Source: Candidatus Kapaibacterium sp.
GTDB taxonomy: Bacteria; Bacteroidota; Ignavibacteria; Kapaibacteriales; UBA2268
Direction of reading: 5' to 3'
DNA: 32,121 nucleotides
NCBI GenBank assembly: GCA_036769265.1
Contig: DAIPLL010000001.1
Span: forward strand, 476 to 32,596
The notes under the pieces are model-generated. The model ran no database searches and was not told the origin of the DNA. It saw only the letters and a list, made by a program, of their open reading frames with translations. Shown one piece after another: positions 22,851 to 31,500 of this stretch. Every line of letters starts with the position of its first letter. Positions within the stretch are counted from its first letter, which is position 1. The position numbers and the translations under genes were made by a program.

Positions 22851-25442
22851 TTATCTAACAATTATTTGTTTGCAAAAAGTAAGTAATTTATTAATATCAT
22901 AGATACATATTAGATATTCCCCATTTGATAATTTTGATCCATTTGAGTCTTTTAGTTCTAAAATTATTAAATCTGTTTCATTATTCTTAAATTCTTTCTT
23001 ACTTACAAGTTCTCCATTAATTGTAAAGATACTTATAATACAATCTTTTAGAGTATTTTTTGAATTTCTAATAATCAATTTATCAATAGATGGGATTGGA
23101 TAAAAAACAAGATCAAAATTAAAAGGTATTGTTTCATCAAAACCTGTTATTGCACTACTTGGTTCAGAAAATTCAGAAGTGTTTCCAAATTTATCTATTG
23201 TAATAGCAACGATTTGATCAATTTTAGGTGTATTACTTATTATGGTTTTCCAATTTCCCTCAGAATTCGGTATTGCTATACCTAAAAATTTCTTGCCTTG
23301 GGCATAAGAATTATTACTACTTTTATAGGATTCAAATAATTCTATTATCGAAAATTCGGGATATGAGCAATCAACAGTTCCTTGAATTGTTAAATACTGG
23401 GAAAAGTCATCATAACTGCAAAGTTCAATAATTGGATAATTTAACATATTTTGTGTGCCATCATCAGTATCTTTATAATCATTTTTATTCGGACCATAGG
23501 GAAAAATATCAATACCTAAACCTTTGTTTTCATATATTGAATTACAAGAAATACGATTATATTTTGTCCTATAGTGTTGCAATAATATTCCAGCCCCGTT
23601 GTTGTAAGCGATTACATTGCCCGTTGTATCTGTTCCAATAATGTTCGAACATGATGCATTATCAATATAAATACCCACTGAACCGTTACCAAGATTATTC
23701 TTTTTAGTTATATCGGTACCAATAAGATTGTTAATAATCAAATTGCTATCAGCTTGCTCATTTAGAATAATTCCAGTCATTAAGTTACCCGAAATTAGAT
23801 TGCTGTCTATTGTATTATGTTTGGGAAACGAAGAAAGCATTATTCCATACAAATTTGGTATTTTTTTTGTTCCCGTAATATCAGTTCCGAAGTAATTCCC
23901 TTTTACTATGTTATATTCTGTTAATGTATTTGTTATCATAAGGCCACTTAATTTGTTTCCCGAAAATATATTTCTATCTTCGGTTTTCTCACCGCCTATA
24001 ATATTATATGCTGCACCAGTCGAAACAACCATTCCAATGTCGTTTGGCACTGCAATTGTGCCACTCGAGTCAACACCTACCATATTACCAAACATTCTAT
24101 TGTGGCTGGTTCCTCTGGTTACAAAGAACAAACCATAGCTGATATTACCCGAAATAACATTATTAATGACATCATTATGATTAGAAGCACAATCAAAACA
24201 AATTCCCGTTGCGTTTGGTAATGGATTTTTGCTTGTATAATCGGTTCCTATAAAATTGTTTATTGCAGAATTATAACTACAATTGCCATAGTAAACAATT
24301 CCATAAACTTTATTTCCAGAAATTATGTTTCTTTCGTTAAATGACACTCCACCCAACCTATTATACTTAGCTACAATATTAAATTCAACTCCATTGCCTT
24401 GCATTAAAGAGTCATTATCTGAAGCAACTTTATTTGTACCGGTGATATCTGTCCCTATATAATTCCCAATTATCACATTACTATCGGCAGCTTCGATATA
24501 TATCCCAATTTGTAGATTACCGGAAATGATATTTCTTTCGTGTAATTGTGAACCGCCTATTTGATTCGAATTAGCCAAGCTTTTTATTACTATTCCTTTG
24601 TCGTTATGGAGAATTTTTTTTCCTGAAGAATCAGTTCCAATAAGGTTACCGATAATTCTATTTAAACGAGTGTTTTTCCCAACTAATAATACTGCAATAT
24701 CCTTGTTGCCCGAAATTATATTCTTCGGACCAATTTCATTATTTTCAGATTTGGATATTGATATTCCCACAAGATTGGGGTTAGCCTTCACTCCCCAAAT
24801 ATCTGAACCTATTTTATTATTTACTATTTTGTTATTACTACTCGAAAATATCATTATCCCATTTTGAGTATTCCCCGAAATAAGATTATTTTCAATAACG
24901 TTGTTTGTAGAATTTCCACTAATTAATACTCCGTTTTCATTGGCTAAATTTTCATTGTCGACTTCGAAAGTACCAATTATATTATTTAATATTATGTTGT
25001 TTTTTGCATATTCTGTATAAATCAAAATACCGTATTTAAAACCTTGGATTATCAGACCCGAAATTTTATTGTTTGGAGAAAAAATACCAAAGGCAAATTC
25101 TAAATTATTAGCGTTTTTGATAATTATAGAAGGTGCTTCCTTTGAAATTCCTAAAAATATATTCTGAGATAAGCCATCAATATAAATATATCCTGTTGTT
25201 AAGTACGGCAAAGATTCTTTGAGTAAAATAGTCCATCTATTAGACTTTTCGTCATAATTATTATCAGATTTTGGCAATTTAAAGACTATTGTATCGGCTT
25301 CGTAATTTGAATTACATAAATTAATGGCTTCATTCAACGAACCTTTGCCAACTGAGCTTGTGTTGTTAACTTCAAATATTTTTGCATTTATTATATTTAC
25401 ATTTAAAAATAAAAGTAAAAAGACAACAACAAATTTCCACAT
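22851..25442 (-). CDS. Secreted CSLREA-type parallel beta-helix repeat protein (paralog) with a T9SS C-terminal sorting domain
   Basis: The signal peptide is MWKFVVVFLLLFLNVNIINA (ATG at 25442, which avoids overlap with the GH3 gene). It has GSLNEAIN...DTIVF, many NxISGN / IGTDxxG turns, the LGIDIFPYG..ND..DTDDG module, and the CTD YPIPSIDKLII...GEYLICIYD. Confidence 0.85.
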   Translation of the reverse strand: MWKFVVVFLLLFLNVNIINAKIFEVNNTSSVGKGSLNEAINLCNSNYEADTIVFKLPKSDNNYDEKSNRWTILLKESLPYLTTGYIYIDGLSQNIFLGISKEAPSIIIKNANNLEFAFGIFSPNNKISGLIIQGFKYGILIYTEYAKNNIILNNIIGTFEVDNENLANENGVLISGNSTNNVIENNLISGNTQNGIMIFSSSNNKIVNNKIGSDIWGVKANPNLVGISISKSENNEIGPKNIISGNKDIAVLLVGKNTRLNRIIGNLIGTDSSGKKILHNDKGIVIKSLANSNQIGGSQLHERNIISGNLQIGIYIEAADSNVIIGNYIGTDITGTNKVASDNDSLMQGNGVEFNIVAKYNRLGGVSFNERNIISGNKVYGIVYYGNCSYNSAINNFIGTDYTSKNPLPNATGICFDCASNHNDVINNVISGNISYGLFFVTRGTSHNRMFGNMVGVDSSGTIAVPNDIGMVVSTGAAYNIIGGEKTEDRNIFSGNKLSGLMITNTLTEYNIVKGNYFGTDITGTKKIPNLYGIMLSSFPKHNTIDSNLISGNLMTGIILNEQADSNLIINNLIGTDITKKNNLGNGSVGIYIDNASCSNIIGTDTTGNVIAYNNGAGILLQHYRTKYNRISCNSIYENKGLGIDIFPYGPNKNDYKDTDDGTQNMLNYPIIELCSYDDFSQYLTIQGTVDCSYPEFSIIELFESYKSSNNSYAQGKKFLGIAIPNSEGNWKTIISNTPKIDQIVAITIDKFGNTSEFSEPSSAITGFDETIPFNFDLVFYPIPSIDKLIIRNSKNTLKDCIISIFTINGELVSKKEFKNNETDLIILELKDSNGSKLSNGEYLICIYDINKLLTFCKQIIVR

Positions 25443-25467
25443 TTTAATCGACCTTATTATTTCAGTT

Positions 25468-28400
25468 TTATAATTTAATAAAACCAATTACTTCATTACC
25501 AATTTTTAAGAAATATTTGCCTGCTGATAAATTACTAATGTTAATAACAATATTATTTGTGCCAAAATCAGCATAAACCTTAGTAAAATTAGTTAATTCT
25601 GTCCCTTTTATGTCAAATAAATTGTAATGAAAATCATTATAACTAGGTAAATTGTCTGATATTTCAACATTTATGATACTGTTAGCTGGATTAGGATATA
25701 TCCTAATATTTGAATTATAATTATTATCGAATTCAATATTACTAAGATAAGATGGAATACCATTCACAACAATTTCGTCAATTGAAAATCCCCAGGGGGT
25801 GCCTCTTTTTGTGCATTCAATTTTTATAAATCGAGCTAATTGATATACGTAAAATTCTTCTGTTTTTCCTTGCGAAAATTCAGTCCCATAAATTTTCACC
25901 CATTTTTTACCATCAATTGAAGTAAGAATGCTATATGATTTGGCATAAGCCCATTCCCAATCAATTTCTATCCTATGTATATTGTAAGTTTTCTCTAAAT
26001 CGATAATAAAAAATTGGTTGTCGGCAAATTCCGATGACCATCGAGAATTACGTAATCCATCGACTGCATATTCAGGTATTGTGGTAGAATCACTTACCGA
26101 AGAAGCTGTCACAGGTTTGTGAAAAGCTATATTTAATAATAATGGATTGATAAATTGTGGATTGAAAACATTAATAATGTGATTTCTTGAATTATTATCA
26201 GTATATACTTCTTCAATTTTTTGTGGTTTAATTGTTATTCTACATTCTATTTGGGGCTTATCATAATCTTTTGGAATAACAAAGTAATTAGATATTAAAA
26301 ATAAAATGCTATTTGGCTTAATACTACTTACTATTGTATCATTTAAAAAACTACCCAAGTTAGAGCTTTCAATAATTATATCGAGTTTTGAATTCGTAAT
26401 TTCTTTTGTTCCATAGTTTGCAACTATTATACCAAAACAAACAGTGTCGCCAGGTTTTGGTGAAGGTGGAATTGTAAATACCTTATTGATAACCAAATCC
26501 GGCTTTGAAGATTGATTTATCGTGATATCTTTTATATAAAGAATATTTTCTGATGAATTTCCAATTAAGATTGTAAATTTGCCTTCGGGAAACTTATATT
26601 GATTAATCAAAGTATCATAAATAAATAAGTCTTGAGGCATAATTTCAATAGTTTCGACTACTTCTTCATTAGGTTGGAGGTAAATTTTTTTAAATCCCTT
26701 CAAATATTTACTATTTGATTGAAATGGACTAAAATAGGCTTGAACAACTTCGGCACCTTTCATTGTGCCGATATTCTTAACTTTAAAACTGATTTTTATT
26801 TTTTCGCCGGCAGTATTTATGTCCTTATCTAATTTAAAATCTGAAATTTGAAATTCTGTGTAACTTAAACCAAAACCAAAAGGAAACCGTGGCTTCAAAT
26901 TGTTTCTATCGAACCAAAAATATCCACCACCATAGTCATTATTGAAATCTTTATCTCTAACGGGCAATTGACTTTGATTCATTGGAATAGTTGTAGGAAG
27001 TTTACCCGATGGGTTTTCCAATCCTAAAACAATATCAGCAATTGCCTTGCCGCCTTCTTGTCCAGGATAAAATGCATAAATTAAACCTTTGATTTTATCA
27101 ATAGATTTAGACAGAGATACCGTACCTCCGCTTTCTATCACAACAATGATATTAGGATTGGCTTCTGCTAATCTTACTATTAGATTTTGCTGGCAATCTG
27201 GTAACTCTATGGAATTTCCAACCCTATCAATATCCTCACCTTCTTGTGTATGGTCTAATCCACCAATGAACACCACATATTCGTTGCTTTTTGCTGTTTC
27301 AATTGCCCTCATATACAACGAAGTATCTGTGCTGTTAATATCACAACCTTTAACATATTCCACTCGCCAAAATCCAAAAGTTTTGTAAAAAGCTTCCTTC
27401 GGTGTAACTGCATCCAATGGGGTTACCCAACTACTCCCATATCCATCTAACAAGGCAACATCTGCACCAGGTCCGATTAACGCAATCGAATTAGCTTTCC
27501 CAATATCAATAGGAAGAATATGATCTTCGTTTTTCAATAATATTATGCTTTTCGTAGCAGCTTCGTATGCTACTTGTTTATTTTTTGTACTATTAAGGTT
27601 TGCTTTATCTGTTGGTAATACTTTACGATTTAATCCAGCAACAATCTTAGTTTTCAATATTCTTGATAGTGATCTATGAAAATTGGCATATTCGATAAGC
27701 CCTGAACTAACAAGTTCGAACAAACTGTCTTTAATAGAAGATGAACCTAAAGCAAGGTCAGTCCCACCTATGATTCCAGCCTTTATATCTTTAACTGAAT
27801 TCCAATCTGAAATCATATAGAATGGAAATCCAAAAATATTCCGCAAAATATCCTCGTTCAAATGCTGATTATGTGACGCATAAATACCATTTACTTTTGG
27901 ATAAGCACTCATAATACAAAGTGCCCCGCCTTCTTGGATAGCTTTTTTAAAAGGGAAACCATAATGATTTATTATTGTGTAATCATTCATCCAAATAGTA
28001 TCTGTAAATCTGGTATTTTGAATCAGTTCTCCAATATAAGCCTTAGGTGTTGCAATCAACCCACTTTCTTGAAAACCTTCGACATTTGCAACACCCATCA
28101 TAGCACACAGAAAAGGATCCTCGCCATAACTTTCAGCATTCCTTCCATTTTGTGGATCATTTTCAAGGTATAATGATGGTGCTAATATCTGGTTTTTATT
28201 CGTTGCATTGAATTCACTTGCAATCGAGCTTGCAACTTTTTTAGCAAGTTCTAAATCCCAAGAAGCAGCTATTGCCTTACTTACAGGAAAACAAGTAGCA
28301 TATCCATCCCTCATCCCATGAGGTCCATCTGACATATAAAAACCTTTGAGTTGTAATTTCGGATTATCAAGAGTATTCAATAAATCGAAGTAAATTAACT

Positions 28401-28539
28401 GATTTGTCTGGTCTTTTAAGCTCATCCTATTGATATGGTAATTTAGTTGTAGATTAAAATAATTCTCTGTTGCATAGATATCAAAACAAATTAAGAATAA
28501 AAAATTAAAATAGAATAGCTTGTTTAATTTAATCATCAT
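25468..28539 (-). CDS. Glycoside hydrolase family 3 (beta-glucosidase-like) with Fn3-like, CARDB-like and F5/8 type C (discoidin) domains and a T9SS CTD
   Basis: It has a signal peptide. The GH3 N-domain shows MSDGPHGMRDG, FPVSKAIAASWD and the nucleophile context MISDWNSV. The C-domain shows LLKNE..ILP and IALIGP. GFGLSYTEF marks the Fn3-like domain. PDLVINKV...GDTVCFGIIVANYG is CARDB-like. AVDGLRNSRWSS...FIIDL is discoidin. The CTD is IYPNPANSIINVEI...LSAGKYFLKIG. Confidence 0.88.
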   Translation of the reverse strand: MMIKLNKLFYFNFLFLICFDIYATENYFNLQLNYHINRMSLKDQTNQLIYFDLLNTLDNPKLQLKGFYMSDGPHGMRDGYATCFPVSKAIAASWDLELAKKVASSIASEFNATNKNQILAPSLYLENDPQNGRNAESYGEDPFLCAMMGVANVEGFQESGLIATPKAYIGELIQNTRFTDTIWMNDYTIINHYGFPFKKAIQEGGALCIMSAYPKVNGIYASHNQHLNEDILRNIFGFPFYMISDWNSVKDIKAGIIGGTDLALGSSSIKDSLFELVSSGLIEYANFHRSLSRILKTKIVAGLNRKVLPTDKANLNSTKNKQVAYEAATKSIILLKNEDHILPIDIGKANSIALIGPGADVALLDGYGSSWVTPLDAVTPKEAFYKTFGFWRVEYVKGCDINSTDTSLYMRAIETAKSNEYVVFIGGLDHTQEGEDIDRVGNSIELPDCQQNLIVRLAEANPNIIVVIESGGTVSLSKSIDKIKGLIYAFYPGQEGGKAIADIVLGLENPSGKLPTTIPMNQSQLPVRDKDFNNDYGGGYFWFDRNNLKPRFPFGFGLSYTEFQISDFKLDKDINTAGEKIKISFKVKNIGTMKGAEVVQAYFSPFQSNSKYLKGFKKIYLQPNEEVVETIEIMPQDLFIYDTLINQYKFPEGKFTILIGNSSENILYIKDITINQSSKPDLVINKVFTIPPSPKPGDTVCFGIIVANYGTKEITNSKLDIIIESSNLGSFLNDTIVSSIKPNSILFLISNYFVIPKDYDKPQIECRITIKPQKIEEVYTDNNSRNHIINVFNPQFINPLLLNIAFHKPVTASSVSDSTTIPEYAVDGLRNSRWSSEFADNQFFIIDLEKTYNIHRIEIDWEWAYAKSYSILTSIDGKKWVKIYGTEFSQGKTEEFYVYQLARFIKIECTKRGTPWGFSIDEIVVNGIPSYLSNIEFDNNYNSNIRIYPNPANSIINVEISDNLPSYNDFHYNLFDIKGTELTNFTKVYADFGTNNIVINISNLSAGKYFLKIGNEVIGFIKL

Positions 28540-28561
28540 ACTTCTTTTTAAAATTTTTGAA

Positions 28562-28569
28562 CAAATTTA
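28562..28569 (-). promoter_or_regulatory. Candidate -7 box (TAAATTTG on the minus strand) in the 38-nt gap upstream of the GH3 gene
   Basis: The plus strand reads CAAATTTA. The motif lies 22 nt upstream of the minus-strand ATG at 28539. Motif match only. Confidence 0.25.
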
Positions 28570-28577
28570 CAAAATCC

Positions 28578-31500
28578 TCATCTAACCACCATAAATTTCT
28601 CTGAATAATTACCAATTTGAATGAAATAAATCCCGACAGGCAAATCGGATACGTCAATGCGTTGTAGGGGCAAATAATTATTTGCCCCTACGGTCTTCAC
28701 ACACTCGCCGTAGGTGTTGTAGATTTTGACTGGATTCTTTGCTTTGCTTAGAATGACGTTATCAAGATGTATTTCAATATAACCCGAAGCAGGATTTGGG
28801 GAGATAATTAATCCTTTAAGACTGTTTCTTTGAATTGATTCAATATCGTTTACTCCGACAATTATTTTTTGCGGTGATGTTGGGCATCCTTTGAGTCCAT
28901 CTTTGTCAAAAGAAACTATTTTGACCTTAAACATAAGGTATGATGGTACTGAAAATTCTGCTCGCGATTGACCTTTTGAGGCACTTCCTACAACTTGTTC
29001 ATAACCATAGTCATCAACAGAGTAAATTATATAACCTACGACATCATTGTCTTGCGAAGGTGTCCATTCGGCTATATATTTGCCAGTTATTGAGTTATAT
29101 TTTGCTGTAAAATTTGTTGGTGCAGCAAGGATTGCTTTTGAATTTAAAACAGGTTTTTCACTATAACTTGATAGAGCATAGTTATTACCAACATAAACTG
29201 CATAAACAAAATAAAGACATAATGATAGCGAGTCACTTACGCTTAATGTTGTTGATCCTAACTTTGCATCTACACTTTTTATATATATACCATTCTCGCC
29301 ATAAGTGTCATTATCTAAAAATAAATCGATAGAGCCGGTTTCGCTTAATCTGGAAGTTTCCCAAGTAACAATAATATCTTTATTATTCTGATGCGTTTCT
29401 ATTCTGAAGAAAGGCGGTTTATCAAAAATATATGTGTAGAGGCTGAAGTTACTTGGTGCATCTTTCACTGTAATAATCCAATTACCTTTTTTCGGACTTG
29501 TAATAGTCCAAAAAGATTTGTTTTCATTATAAGAATTAGCATAATGTATGATTAAATTATTAGGGTCGAGATTACCTATTTTGTATATTGTACCATCTGG
29601 TGACCTTAACTCAGAAACTGGAATTCTGGTGTTGCCAATAATTCTAACTACAAATTTCTCGCAATCATCATTAATAGAAATATTTTGTGTGTAATCTCCA
29701 TTCAAAATTAGATTATTACCTTCGTAAACTTTCACATCGATCTTTGAGCTTGGAGTGCTTCTTTCGAAGAAAAAGAAACCATCTTCACCCCAGCTTTTCT
29801 TCAAATCCAAAACAAATCTCAAATTCCCAACAGGACTAGGGAAATATGCATCACCCCAAAGAGTTTTCATATTCCCATAAATCAGTCTTGCGCTTGCAGT
29901 TGTAGTTTTAGGTAAACCAAGTGTAGAATTAATCCAATCGTAGGGCCAGCCGTCGTTGAATTTCGGTAAAGTAATAGAACCACTCATTGCACCAGAAAAC
30001 TTGCTTTGCTTCATATTATATTTCATATTAGCATCAGCTTTTAGCAAGTACTCTTTTTCATCTTTTGTTCCAACATTTATATTGCCTGATAGATCCATTT
30101 GATATTCAGCAAAATCGATACTACCTTGGAGACCTCCTTTTATTTGCCATTTTCCGGTAAGAGGGTCTTTAAATATTGTTCCTTCGCCTTTCAATCCTAT
30201 TGTACTCGGAGATTTATAATGTCCACTCACATCTATTTTATACAAACTTTCTGATGTAATATCAGAAAGCACTCCACCAAGTTCAAATTCTATGTCAGGC
30301 TTAGTTATGTTCGAAATATGTCCAAAGAAGCCCATTATACCAACAGTTGAAGTTCCTATTACGAAAAGTGGAGGAAAAGAAGCTTCAAGTCGAAATCCTA
30401 TACTATCAAGTTTTCCTTTTGAAAATGCGAGACCACCGCCAACTTCTCCAAATGGGATCTTTACGTTAGCTCCATAAGCTAATTTATCTTTTTCATCATC
30501 GTAACTACCAGTAAGTTCTTTAATGCAAAAGTTCGGAAATGATTTAAAACCTAAATTCTGCACATTAAATCCACCTATTTGGATCCCTTTGGTTTTAGAT
30601 ATTTCCAAATCTTTCAACTCAAATTCTGTTTCCTGCTCTTCACTACCTTTTTCATTACAACCGGCTGCAATACCGGGAATAGACATTTTAGCAGAGAATT
30701 TTATCCCCTCAGCCTTTCTACCACCAACTAATTGCAAATCTGTAATCTTTATATCAAAGCCGGCAATTTTTTCAAGGAAAGCATTAGCAAAATTTGTTAT
30801 TTTGCCATTAGAACCAGCAAATGCGAGTTCATAAGATCCCTCGGCAACCGTGAACGAGCCAATTCCACCTCCAGGAAGTGGAATCTCTTTAATGTAGAAT
30901 TTCCCGTCAGCTTTCAAAGATAAATTAACAGTGTCTAATGCAAGATCGCCTTCGAATATTAACAGGTCATTTATTATTATTGCTTTATTAGCTTTTAGTA
31001 TTGGTTTGCCTTCTTCAGTTTCCCATTTACCTTCGCCTTCTATGCAAAATTCAAGCATTCCATAAGCATATGTCCAGCAACGAGAACCACTTTGTATAAT
31101 TACTTTACGATGAAGGGTATCCGTATTTTCATCAGACTTTTTTGCTACAAATTTATAATGATGTTCACCTGCTGCGCTAACGGGAATTTTAATACTATAT
31201 ATAAATCTACTACTTGCATCACTTGTATCAACTTTTGTAAATTTCGTCTTTCCTGATAACGTATCCAGCACAAATATTACGGCACCGCTAATTGGCTCGT
31301 TTTCAGCATTTCGAACATACAGAATAAAAGAAGTAGAATCATTAGGAAACAGCACCAAATCCTTCGAAGGAAGAACTGTTAAAAATAATCCTTTTGGATA
31401 AATATAGACTTTACGTTTATGAACTTCAGACTGACGAAAGCCCTCCTTTTTGACATAAAATTCGAAAACATAGTCCACAGGATTAGTTCCTTCAGGTATC

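Noticed and set aside
22841-22861. Upstream in-frame starts that create gene overlaps (22861 for the 696-aa gene, 25487 for the 878-aa gene)
   Set aside because: The downstream ATGs at 22840 and 25442 immediately precede canonical signal peptides and remove the overlaps with the upstream genes. The extended N-termini (MLDKGNK, MVLLNYKTEIIRSIK) would bury the signal peptide.
20771-25442. Periodic signal in the beta-helix genes as a DNA tandem repeat or CRISPR-like array
   Set aside because: The periodicity is at the protein level (~22-aa turns) with degenerate DNA. I saw no exact direct repeats with unique spacers, and no cas genes are present.
28664-28691. The 28-nt palindrome as a rho-independent terminator of the giant gene
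   Set aside because: It lies about 85 nt upstream of the stop codon inside the CTD coding sequence and has no U-tract on either strand. The same position in the paralogous cassette is also coding.
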